Part shown: positions 52,711 to 61,431 of the stretch, piece by piece
Position numbering within the stretch: position 1 is the first letter of the stretch
Layout of the letters: each line of letters begins with the position of its first letter
Origin: a virus
Taxonomy: Duplodnaviria; Caudoviricetes
Reading direction: 5' to 3' (one strand)
Length of the DNA stretch: 64,000 nt
IMG/VR virus record: IMGVR_UViG_3300042691_041259
Coordinates: 1-64,000 of that record
Position numbers and translations under genes: made by a program
Notes under the pieces: model-generated
Database searches by the model: none
Told to the model about the DNA's origin: nothing
What the model saw: the letters and a program-made list of their open reading frames with translations, nothing else

Positions 52711-55700
52711 TTAATAATTTTGAACGTATGATCCATAGTAAGATGTTCCATCGTACACAAAGGTATAGATGTCAGTCTTATTGACAGTAGGTGTCATGGT
52801 AGGTGTTACGCCACCTGCCCAAATCACTGTTCCTGGCCATGTTACTGTGAAAGAAGAACTTGCGTTCTGCTTTATTATGAATATGTAGGTTCCGCCTGCA
52901 TTTGGATTTGTAAACGCAAATGTGGTTGAAGCGTTCAGCGTATATGATTGAACGTTTCCACTATCAAAGTCAACAGTGGTAGAGGCTGTAGTGTTTCCGT
53001 TGGCATCAATTACTACGTATGCTTGTCCTGTGACTGCCGCCTTTCCGGTAAGAGAAAGAACGTTTCCGTCAAATGTAAGGTTAGTTTCTGCATTAAGAAC
53101 TCCGGATGTTCCTGTTGCGGATAAGACTCTGTTATCCGCATCATTATTAACAGTTACCAAACCGCTGGTTCCAGAGCTTCCGCTTGAGCCAGATGTTCCA
53201 CTAGAGCCAGATGTTCCGTCAATTCCACTGGTCCCACTTGAGCCAGAGGTTCCGTCAATTCCACTGGTCCCACTTGAGCCAGATGTGCCTGATCCACTAG
53301 TGCCACTTGTTCCGCTTGAGCCAGAGGTTCCAGAGCTTCCGCTTGTGCCAGAGGTTCCTGAGCTTCCACTAGTTCCATTTATTCCAGAAGTTCCGCTTGA
53401 GCCAGAGGTTCCTGAACTACCGCTTGTTCCACGGGTTCCGCTTGAGCCGCTTGAGCCAGATGTTCCGCTTGAGCCAGATGTTCCGCGTGTTCCGCTAGTA
53501 CCGCTCGAGCCAGATGTTCCACTTGAACCATTTAATCCAGGAGTCCCTGGATCTCCTGGATTTCCAGAAACTCCGCTTGTCCCGCTTGAGCCAGAGGTTC
53601 CAGCCTGTCCCGTAGTTCCCGATGTTCCACTTGAGCCAGAGGTTCCGCTTGAGCCAGAGGTTCCGCTTGAGCCAGAGGTTCCTCGAGTACCGCTAGTTCC
53701 ACTTGATCCCGATGTTCCCGAAGATCCTGTTGTTCCACTAGTTCCTGAGCTTCCACGAGTTCCACTGGTTCCTGAACTTCCACTAGTTCCGGAAAAACCA
53801 GAAGTTCCCGAGCTACCGCTTGAGCCAGAAGTTCCGCTTGAGCCAGAGGTTCCTGAGCTTCCATTAGTACCGGATGTTCCCGAAGATCCTGTTGTTCCAC
53901 TAGTTCCCGAGCTACCGCTGGTCCCGCTTGAGCCACTGGTTCCTGAACTACCGCTTGTTCCGCTAGACCCGCTAGTACCATCTATGCCACTGGTTCCGCT
54001 AGTACCATCTATGCCACTGGTTCCACTAGAGCCGGATGTTCCAGAAGTTCCGCTTGAGCCAGAGGTTCCGCTTGAGCCAGAGGTTCCGCTTGAGCCAGAG
54101 GTTCCTGAACTTCCACTAGTTCCATTTATTCCAGAAGTTCCACTTGAACCAGATGTTCCTGAGCTTCCGCTCGAGCCCGATGTTCCGCTTGAGCCTCTAG
54201 TTCCAGAAGTTCCGCTTGAGCCAGATGTTCCGCTAGAACCAGATGTTCCAGAACTTCCACTAGTTCCATTTATTCCAGAAGTTCCACTTGAACCAGATGT
54301 TCCAGAACTTCCACTAGTTCCATTTATTCCAGAAGTTCCACTTGAACCAGATGTTCCGTCAATTCCGCTGGTTCCGCTGGAACCAGAGGTTCCATGTGTA
54401 CCAATACCGCTAGTGCCGCTTGATCCAGAGGTTCCGCTGCTTCCACTAGAACCTGAGGTTCCCGAGCTTCCGCTGGTTCCACGCGTTCCACTAGTTCCCG
54501 AACTTCCGCTAGTACCGCTACTTCCACTGGAACCGGAGGTTCCGCTTGAACCTCGGGTTCCCGAGGTGCCAGAACTACCACTAGTTCCGTGTGTACCAAT
54601 ACCACTAGTTCCGCTAGAGCCAGATGTTCCGCTAGAGCCAGATGTTCCGCGTGTTCCACTAGATCCAGAAGTACCACTAGTGCCACTTGATCCAGAGCTT
54701 CCGCTGGTTCCGCTTGATCCTCTTGTTCCTGATGTACCGCTGCTTCCGTTGGTTCCGCTTGAGCCAGAAGTACCGCTTGAGCCAGAAGTGCCGTGAGTTC
54801 CAATTCCGCTAGTTCCGCTTGAACCGCTCGAGCCAGAGGTTCCGCTCGTACTGCTACTTCCACTGGTACCGCTAGTTCCATCAATACCTGAAGTACCCGA
54901 TGTACCATCAATACCGCTAGTTCCGCTGGAACCTGAAGTTCCGTGAGTTCCAATTCCGCTTGTACCGCTGCTTCCGCTTGTTCCGCTTAAGCCAGATGTT
55001 CCTGAGCTTCCGCTTGTTCCGCTTGAGCCAGATGTTCCTGAGCTTCCACTAGTTCCACGTGTTCCACTAGTTCCTGAGCTTCCGCTAGTTCCCGAGCTTC
55101 CACGTGTACCGCTAGTTCCCGAACTTCCACTAGTTCCATGAGTACCGATACCACTAGTTCCACTAGATCCAGATGTTCCTCTAGTTCCGGAAGATCCACT
55201 AGTTCCTGAGCTTCCACTAGTTCCACGTGTTCCACTAGTTCCTGAGCTTCCGCTAGTTCCCGAGCTTCCACGTGTACCGCTAGTTCCCGAGCTCCCACTA
55301 GTTCCGCTTGAACCAGCTGTTCCGCTTGAGCCAGAAGTTCCGGAGCTTCCACTAGTACCGGATGAACCTGAAGTTCCGCTTGATCCAGACGTTCCTGAGC
55401 TTCCGCTGGTTCCATCAATACCGCTGGTTCCTGAAGACCCATCAATACCGGATGTTCCCGAGCTTCCGCTGGTTCCTTCGGTTCCGCTAGTTCCCGAGGA
55501 ACCGCTTGTTCCATCAGTTCCGCTTGTTCCATCAGTTCCCGAGGAACCGCTTGTTCCATCAGTTCCGCTTGTTCCATCAGTTCCACTAGTACCGTTAATT
55601 CCTGAGGTTCCGGAAGTTCCGTCAATTCCTGAGGTTCCACTGGTTCCGTCAATTCCTGATGTTCCGCTTGAACCGGAGGTTCCTTCAGTACCACTAGTTC

Positions 55701-57111
55701 CTGAAGATCCGCTTGTGCCATCTGTTCCTGAAGAACCACTAGTGCCATCTGTTCCTGAAGAACCACTAGTACCATCTATGCCGCTGGTTCCGGAAGTTCC
55801 ATCAATTCCTGAGGTTCCGCTGGTTCCATCAATTCCACTGGTTCCTGAAGACCCACTTGTTCCTTCAGTACCGCTAGTTCCGCTAGTTCCATCAGTTCCG
55901 CTGGTTCCGCTAGTTCCATCAGTTCCGCTGGTTCCATCAATACCTGAAGTTCCGCTAGTTCCGTCAATTCCTGAGGTTCCACTGGTTCCGTCAATCCCTG
56001 AGGTTCCGCTAGTTCCATCAATCCCTGAGGTTCCGCTAGTTCCATCAATACCGCTGGTTCCACTTGATCCGCTAGTTCCATCGGTTCCGGAGGTACCGTC
56101 AATACCGCTAGTTCCCGAAGTTCCATCTATTCCGCTGGTTCCCGAAGTTCCATCTATTCCGCTGGTTCCGGAGGTACCGTCAATACCGCTAGTTCCAGAG
56201 GTGCCATCAATACCGCTAGTTCCCGAAGTTCCATCTATTCCACTGGTTCCACTGGTGCCATCAGTTCCCGAACTACCGCTTGTTCCACTGGTGCCATCAG
56301 TTCCTGAACTGCCACTAGTACCATCGGTTCCAGAAGTTCCATCTATACCACTTGTTCCGCTAGTTCCGTCTATGCCACTAGTTCCAGAAGTCCCATCTAT
56401 CCCAGAGGTTCCCGAGCTTCCACTAGTGCCGCCGCCTGCCGCTCCAAATAAATTTACTTCCCAACTTGTATGACTGCCAATACCAGAAGATGATGTAACA
56501 TCCACGGAAAGGCTTCCTGTAAGCGGATTATATGTTGTTACAGATCCTTGCATATAAGATGAAGGAGTACCTGTAAGAGCAATTATGACAGACTGTGAAG
56601 TTGAATATGCTAATCCCGGATCAACTGTTAGAGAAATGATCCCGGTTCCTATAGTTAAAGGACTGGTTGAATTTGTTTTATATTTGTCTCCGCTTAAACC
56701 CGAGCTTCCGCTGGTTCCATCAATACCTGAAGTTCCACTAGAACCTGAAGTTCCACTGGTACCTTCAGTACCTGAAGTTCCACTAGAGCCACTGGTACCA
56801 GAAGATCCTGAACTACCCGAAGTTCCGGAGGTGCCATCAATTCCGCTTGTTCCGCTGGTTCCGTCTATACCTGAAGTTCCTGAAGAGCCTGAAGTTCCAT
56901 CAGTTCCCGATGTGCCTGAAGATCCTGAAGAGCCCGATGTCCCTGAGTTTCCTGAAGATCCTGAAGTTCCGCTGCTACCACTGCTTCCTGCGGTTCCAGA
57001 AGTACCTGCTTGTGCCAGCGCTTGAAGATAAAGAAGGTTATCATCCATCTCGCGGATGGTAAGCTTACTTCCTTTTGCGTTGGGACCGTATTCTCTTGTG
57101 ATTAATGGCAT
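52711..57111 (-). CDS. Collagen-like (Gly-X-Y)n Gly-Thr-Ser repeat fibre protein (1466 aa)
   Basis: About 1,200 residues of GTS/GSS/GID triplets in two blocks; N-terminal anchor-like KGSKLTIREMDDNL; C-terminal fibre-type domain (VDFDSGNVQSYTL...IIKQ...VTWP..VIWAGG..PT.T...DIYTF..DG..YYG). Confidence 0.85.
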   Translation of the reverse strand: MPLITREYGPNAKGSKLTIREMDDNLLYLQALAQAGTSGTAGSSGSSGTSGSSGNSGTSGSSGSSGTSGTDGTSGSSGTSGIDGTSGTSGIDGTSGTSGSSGSSGTSGSSGTSGTEGTSGTSGSSGTSGIDGTSGSSGLSGDKYKTNSTSPLTIGTGIISLTVDPGLAYSTSQSVIIALTGTPSSYMQGSVTTYNPLTGSLSVDVTSSSGIGSHTSWEVNLFGAAGGGTSGSSGTSGIDGTSGTSGIDGTSGTSGIDGTSGTDGTSGSSGTDGTSGTSGSSGTDGTSGTSGIDGTSGTSGIDGTSGTSGIDGTSGTSGIDGTSGTSGIDGTSGTSGIDGTSGTDGTSGSSGTSGIDGTSGTSGIDGTSGTSGIDGTSGTSGIDGTSGTSGIDGTSGTDGTSGTSGTDGTSGTSGTEGTSGSSGTSGIDGTSGTSGIDGTSGTSGIDGTSGSSGTDGTSGSSGTDGTSGSSGTSGTEGTSGSSGTSGIDGTSGTSGIDGTSGTSGINGTSGTDGTSGTDGTSGSSGTDGTSGTDGTSGSSGTSGTEGTSGSSGTSGIDGSSGTSGIDGTSGSSGTSGSSGTSGSSGTSGSSGTSGSSGTAGSSGTSGSSGTSGTRGSSGTSGSSGTSGTRGTSGSSGTSGSSGTRGTSGSSGTSGIGTHGTSGSSGTSGTRGSSGTSGSSGTSGTRGTSGSSGTSGSSGTSGSSGTSGLSGTSGSSGTSGIGTHGTSGSSGTSGIDGTSGTSGIDGTSGTSGSSSTSGTSGSSGSSGTSGIGTHGTSGSSGTSGSSGTNGSSGTSGTRGSSGTSGSSGSSGTSGTSGSSGTRGTSGSSGTSGSSGTSGIGTHGTSGSSGTSGTRGSSGTSGSSGSSGTSGSSGTSGTRGTSGSSGTSGSSGSSGTSGSSGTSGIGTHGTSGSSGTSGIDGTSGSSGTSGINGTSGSSGTSGSSGTSGINGTSGSSGTSGSSGTSGSSGTSGTRGSSGTSGSSGSSGTSGSSGTSGINGTSGSSGTSGSSGTSGSSGTSGSSGTSGTSGSSGTSGIDGTSGTSGIDGTSGSSGTSGSSGTSGSSGTSGSSGTSGTTGSSGTSGTNGSSGTSGSSGTSGSSGSSGTSGFSGTSGSSGTSGTRGSSGTSGTTGSSGTSGSSGTSGTRGTSGSSGTSGSSGTSGSSGTSGTTGQAGTSGSSGTSGVSGNPGDPGTPGLNGSSGTSGSSGTSGTRGTSGSSGTSGSSGSSGTRGTSGSSGTSGSSGTSGINGTSGSSGTSGTSGSSGTSGSSGTSGTSGSGTSGSSGTSGIDGTSGSSGTSGIDGTSGSSGTSGSSGSSGTSGLVTVNNDADNRVLSATGTSGVLNAETNLTFDGNVLSLTGKAAVTGQAYVVIDANGNTTASTTVDFDSGNVQSYTLNASTTFAFTNPNAGGTYIFIIKQNASSSFTVTWPGTVIWAGGVTPTMTPTVNKTDIYTFVYDGTSYYGSYVQNY
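53161..57010 (-). repeat. 9-nt-periodic Gly-X-Y coding repeat
   Basis: Continuous (GGN ACN AGY)-type periodicity, interrupted by an 87-aa domain and GIGTH inserts. Confidence 0.95.
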
Positions 57112-57120
57112 TTGTAGTCC

Positions 57121-57594
57121 TTATTTTCGAGCGTATATATCATTAAAGGTATCAGTTTTTTCTATCACGGACCACGTCATATCGGAAAGAAGTTTTACTG
57201 ATGCAATAAAAATAATATCTTGGCGGTTCCACGCCAAAGGCTCAATCATAGAAAGAAATGTTGTTCCGTTTTCTCTAGTATATAAGTAGTATGTGTGTCC
57301 ACATTCAGGTTTAAACCGCAGTTCTGCCTGGTAGATTATGATAGAAATAAGTGCTCTTTCTTCCAGCTCCATGTACTGCTTTTTAAGCAGTTCTACTTGT
57401 TGGAGTATTTGAGCCTTTTGTGCTTCCACTTGCTCACTCATAGCAGTCATAGACTTGCTAAGTATTGCACCCATTTCATTAGGTCTAAAAGAAGGAGCCC
57501 CTATGGTGTGGCCATAGGGGAGCAGTCCTGGAAATATCGGTAATTGATTTTCGTCTTTTTGAGTAGGATCCATTTCAAAAGAATTAGATTCCAC
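57121..57594 (-). CDS. DUF2452-like protein
   Basis: QI.QQ.E.LK.Q...L, IY.AE.RFKP..G.TYYLY.R..G..FLS.I.P..W pattern, recognised from Bacteroidota proteins. Confidence 0.7.
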   Translation of the reverse strand: MESNSFEMDPTQKDENQLPIFPGLLPYGHTIGAPSFRPNEMGAILSKSMTAMSEQVEAQKAQILQQVELLKKQYMELEERALISIIIYQAELRFKPECGHTYYLYTRENGTTFLSMIEPLAWNRQDIIFIASVKLLSDMTWSVIEKTDTFNDIYARK

Positions 57595-59188
57595 CCATGC
57601 CTGAAGCTTGTTGAGCCGCTTTCAAAATAGCGTCATTTTTGATTTGAGCTTCTTCTTTGTACGCTTCGTTACGATCCATTTCCAATTTGGTAAGTCCTAA
57701 GTATTTTTCAATCAAGAATCTTGGATCAAAGTATGGAACTTGCTGCATCATACCTGAAGGATCCGGCACATTCTCAGTAATTCCCATCATGGTTTGAATT
57801 ACGCTAGATCTCTTATCCATTACTTCCATTTCTTTCATTTCCTCAAACATATTGTCTGTACGGAATTTCAGAGCTAGGGCAGACTTAAATAATTCGTCCT
57901 CGGCCAGATCTGGATGATTAAGACCGATTTGTATGAATACCGGTTTGATAAGAATTTCTTGGAACATTGAACGTAAACGATTGATAAAGCGTGCAAACCT
58001 TATTTCGTCTCGAGCCATTCCGTCAGAACTAATGCTGAATGATCCGCCATCTTGAGTTCGGTCAAACCGCGAAAACGGAATTTTTGAGTCAACCTTCAAC
58101 TTATCTTCAAAGTATTTCAATGCGTCAGTATCACTTAGATCATAGCCGTCTCCACCGATAGTTTCAATCTCAGGCTGTTCGCCATTCTTGGATGGAAAGA
58201 GATAGTTTTTATAGAACTGCATTGCAGGCTTTCCGTTTACCGTCATCTCGCCAGAATCATAGTTAAGAGATACGTCTTCCTTATAGATGGCCATCATTTC
58301 TGCCAAGCTTTCTTTAGCCTTTTGAGGCGACTTGGTTCCGATAGGTACTACCATCTTTAATCGGAAACTTGAGTTCATAATGTTCCAAATAACACGGCTG
58401 TTCTCCATAATACGGAGAAGATTAAAGCTTCTTACCAATCTTTCTGTATACGATACGCGACCTGTGAAGTTACCTTTGGCATATGATATGTAAATGATCT
58501 GTGAATCGAGGAGGACTCGTTTCATAGCAGGAATGTCTTCGTACTGTACCCAGATCTTACGGTATACGTTGTCCCCAGATTTTTCCACGCCTGGACGAAG
58601 TGAAGTGGCATCAAGTTCTTTAAAACCAATAACGTTCTTTCCTTCAGGATCATAAATAATTTCAAATGCAAGGAATCCATCAATCAGCAATTGTCTGAAA
58701 TAACCCCAAGCATCGTGACCTTCATTAAAGTGAAAGTGAGCATAAATCTTTCTAAAGGCAGTTCCAATCTCATCCACAATTTCTTTGGAAGTATCAGGAT
58801 CCAGAATGCCTTTTAACAAAGAGGTGTCCACTTCCGCAAAATAGTTTGAATCATCAAATACAATTGCTTCATCAGCCACTGTATCAAGAATGAATTCAAT
58901 TTCAGGGTTCATTGAAAATTTTCTCAAATAGTCCCGACGAGACTTATAGTCTTTGTCAAAGAACGCAATGAATTTTTTCTGACCAACATCGGTCAGTGCT
59001 AGCGAGTAGAGAAACTCTTCAGGTAGATACCCTTGAAGTCCAAACTCAGCCTCGGTTACACCGACTGCTCTTGATTGCTTTACTACCATATCCTCGTACT
59101 TCATTCCGAGAGCTGATAGAGTTTTTAAGCTTTTTGATATTTGGCCAAATATAGGATTGACTCCTACTCTGTCAATAAAACCTGCCAT
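57584..59188 (-). CDS. Portal protein (T4 gp20-like)
   Basis: PEIEFILD...EAIV, FRQLLIDG...F, SY.ERL....N.LRIMEN, EIETIGG, L..D.KIPFSR, RDEIRF.RFINRLR. Confidence 0.92.
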   Translation of the reverse strand: MAGFIDRVGVNPIFGQISKSLKTLSALGMKYEDMVVKQSRAVGVTEAEFGLQGYLPEEFLYSLALTDVGQKKFIAFFDKDYKSRRDYLRKFSMNPEIEFILDTVADEAIVFDDSNYFAEVDTSLLKGILDPDTSKEIVDEIGTAFRKIYAHFHFNEGHDAWGYFRQLLIDGFLAFEIIYDPEGKNVIGFKELDATSLRPGVEKSGDNVYRKIWVQYEDIPAMKRVLLDSQIIYISYAKGNFTGRVSYTERLVRSFNLLRIMENSRVIWNIMNSSFRLKMVVPIGTKSPQKAKESLAEMMAIYKEDVSLNYDSGEMTVNGKPAMQFYKNYLFPSKNGEQPEIETIGGDGYDLSDTDALKYFEDKLKVDSKIPFSRFDRTQDGGSFSISSDGMARDEIRFARFINRLRSMFQEILIKPVFIQIGLNHPDLAEDELFKSALALKFRTDNMFEEMKEMEVMDKRSSVIQTMMGITENVPDPSGMMQQVPYFDPRFLIEKYLGLTKLEMDRNEAYKEEAQIKNDAILKAAQQASGMGGI

Positions 59189-59207
59189 GCTTTTTTTGTT
59201 TTGTTAT

Positions 59208-59936
59208 TTATCCTCTTCTATTGTTATACTTTCTCTTGTCTTCTGGTCTTAACAGCGGAGGCTGCTTTCGTATTAGATTTCTCCGCTCTAATAAGTACTC
59301 TTTATGTATCTCGCCAAGAGACTTTCCTACAATATCTTTTGTCTGTATGAAAGGGATCCATTCCCAATCATCATATTCCACAATAACATTTTGGCTCATA
59401 TTTTGGCCAACTATGTAATTGCGCATCGCAAACTGATAACCAATTTGTCCTACTTTATTAAAGATCTTAAAGGTCTGTACTATGTCTTGCAATACTATTA
59501 AGGCTCTTTTAATAAAGGTAACCTGGTCAGTTTCGCTGGTTTTTTTATACGCCTGATCCAGATCGCCTTTTACCGAATTGTAATAGTATTCTAAAGTATT
59601 TACTCTGGCTATTTCCGGTAAAAAGTTTAAATTGATGCCTGTCACAATTCGATTTCCAGTGCTTTCAGCCATCCACTCTCCACAGCAAAGTATGATAGGA
59701 CGCTTATCATAGTAGTCCAAAATTTCTTTGTATACCGGATCATATCGAAAGGTGTAAATCTTTCCAGGTATGAATTGTCTTAAAGACTTTCCTTTAAGAC
59801 GTTCTGTTGAATCAAGGAATCCCTTGTCAACAAAAGGATCTTTAAAGTACTTGTTAAAAAAGTATGGATAAGCTTCCTTTTTCATTTGAGGACGCTCTTT
59901 CATATTTTTTTGATACGCCTTTGCTGGACTAATCAT
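59208..59936 (-). CDS. DNA end protector protein (T4 gp2-like)
   Basis: PGKIYTFRYDP..K..L.YYDKRP and GINLNFLP. Confidence 0.75.
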   Translation of the reverse strand: MISPAKAYQKNMKERPQMKKEAYPYFFNKYFKDPFVDKGFLDSTERLKGKSLRQFIPGKIYTFRYDPVYKEILDYYDKRPIILCCGEWMAESTGNRIVTGINLNFLPEIARVNTLEYYYNSVKGDLDQAYKKTSETDQVTFIKRALIVLQDIVQTFKIFNKVGQIGYQFAMRNYIVGQNMSQNVIVEYDDWEWIPFIQTKDIVGKSLGEIHKEYLLERRNLIRKQPPLLRPEDKRKYNNRRG

Positions 59937-60439
59937 TAGGAATTAACTCTTTTGAACAGAAACTCCTCAGTAACAATGATGAAGTTCTTATTATTAAGCC
60001 GGGCAAACTCTTGCGCTGCTTTAAATTTTGCCCGGTTTACCAACCAATCTGCTGCCATTTTATTGTATTCCTTTAGTCTCTTTATAGTAGTCAGACCTTC
60101 TTTCATTGAAGGCTGCTTTAAAGATTTTGAAGGTTTGATTTCTACCAGGTATTCAACTGGGCCATCCGGCTTTTGCAACTTCATATAAAAGTCTACAAAA
60201 TAACTGTGTTCCCTATTGTCCAAAGGACTAATGTATGGGATCGGAACTGGCTCAGAAGACCAAGAAATAACTTCAGGGGTTGAGTCGCAATATTTGCAAA
60301 AACGATACTCCCAAGAAGAACGATAAATGATTTTTGATGGATCACCTATATACTTCTCAGGAATGTTAGGCACAAAATAACCCTGCCGAAAACGGCTTCT
60401 CTTATGAGGTGGATTTGTTTTGTTGGTTTTTGCTCTCAC
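59936..60439 (-). CDS. Head completion nuclease (T4 gp4-like)
   Basis: KYIGDPSKIIYRSSWE..F..YCD..P..I.WSSE...IPY..P.D...H.YFVDF, LVEIKP, N.AK..AA. Confidence 0.92.
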   Translation of the reverse strand: MRAKTNKTNPPHKRSRFRQGYFVPNIPEKYIGDPSKIIYRSSWEYRFCKYCDSTPEVISWSSEPVPIPYISPLDNREHSYFVDFYMKLQKPDGPVEYLVEIKPSKSLKQPSMKEGLTTIKRLKEYNKMAADWLVNRAKFKAAQEFARLNNKNFIIVTEEFLFKRVNS

Positions 60440-60873
60440 AGTGTAAACACATTATCGTGACTGAGCGATACTTTTTCTCCAGCAGACAGCGGATGCAATT
60501 TACGCCATCCTTTTGCAAAGCCGTTTTTGATCATTTGCGTAAAATATGCAAAAGGATCTTTTGATTTTTCTGGATTGTAACTTCTCCAGTAACGTACCAC
60601 GTCCATCATTGCAAAAGCAATACAGTCTTTTCGATCTTCTTCATCACGATATCTCAATTTTTTAGAAGCTTCGCGAGCCATAGTCTGAAACATCTCAATT
60701 GCTCGAGGAGTCAGCGCATCTTTTTCGCGAGACCTTAAAACTTCTTCTCGAAGTTCTTTGGGATCAACGTAATAGTTTGATGGATTCTTTTTTACGCGGC
60801 CGGTGTTGCTGCGTTGGATGTCTCCCTTTCCTTCTCCAGGGAGTTCTTGTAGGTTGTTAGTTCCGTTATGCAT
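60436..60873 (-). CDS. Late-transcription sigma factor (T4 gp55-like); start codon uncertain
   Basis: NYYVD.KEL...., D.KDCIA.A..D....W..YNPEKS.DPFAYFTQ...N.F. Confidence 0.8.
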   Translation of the reverse strand: MHNGTNNLQELPGEGKGDIQRSNTGRVKKNPSNYYVDPKELREEVLRSREKDALTPRAIEMFQTMAREASKKLRYRDEEDRKDCIAFAMMDVVRYWRSYNPEKSKDPFAYFTQMIKNGFAKGWRKLHPLSAGEKVSLSHDNVFTL

Positions 60874-61421
60874 GAGTCTATTGCTTCTGATGAGAATGAA
60901 GTTCCTTCATCAACGGTTATTTTAAGTTCTTGAAGTTGCGCAATAGCGTTTTCGACTTGAACCAACACGTTGTCCATTTTACCGGTTACTTCATCTGGTT
61001 TGTTTTCATCTGTTTTCGGATTGTTTTTTATATCCGTTTCAGAATTGTATACACCAGCTTCAAAAAGTTTTACGTCGGACTTCTTAACGCTTGCCAACTT
61101 CTTATTAGGCAATATGATATCCACATTTTCGTTGTCGGCTTTTGATGTGTAGTCAAGAGCTTTAATCTGGACTTCGGTTCCAGCTGGAACCCCTTGTACC
61201 GCAACGCTAAGTTTTGCTTTTACGTACCCCTCTTGTTTTTCCTCTTTAATAGCAACGGTCCCGCCATCCCCTTGTGAATTGATTTCAACAGGATTGCCGG
61301 ACTTTGCTCGATGCTTTTTGTCTAGGGGCTGAAGGAGTTTAGCCTCTACTTTAGAGGTATCTCCTTTATCATCGACTACAGTAATGATTCCACCAGCGGA
61401 GTCAACCGCGGTAATGTTCAC
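60792..61421 (-). CDS. -1 frame continuation of the 524-aa gene (GTG start in the track)
   Basis: Begins on the last base of an A_AAA_AAG heptamer; its first residues complete a beta-barrel begun in the upstream ORF. Confidence 0.65.
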   Translation of the reverse strand: MNITAVDSAGGIITVVDDKGDTSKVEAKLLQPLDKKHRAKSGNPVEINSQGDGGTVAIKEEKQEGYVKAKLSVAVQGVPAGTEVQIKALDYTSKADNENVDIILPNKKLASVKKSDVKLFEAGVYNSETDIKNNPKTDENKPDEVTGKMDNVLVQVENAIAQLQELKITVDEGTSFSSEAIDSCITELTTYKNSLEKERETSNAATPAA

Positions 61422-61431
61422 TTTTTTTTTC
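61385..61431 (-). promoter_or_regulatory. Candidate programmed -1 ribosomal frameshift signal
   Basis: GGA AAA AAA AAG TGA followed 6 nt later by the TTACCGCGG-TTGACT-CCGC(T)GGTGG hairpin. Confidence 0.7.

Noticed and set aside
52976-57025. Long plus-strand (VPEVPL)n ORFs and alternate-frame (EL/AQ)-rich ORFs
   Set aside because: Antisense and off-frame shadows of the Gly-Thr-Ser repeat; the periodic codons lack stops in those frames.
52711-57111. Possible CRISPR array or satellite
   Set aside because: Period is 9 nt and multiples, with synonymous variation and no unique spacers; it is coding sequence.
60787-60794. Second A_AAA_AAG heptamer at the sigma-factor overlap
   Set aside because: It is in the sigma frame and begins within the upstream stop codon, so it cannot fuse the upstream ORF to the sigma factor.
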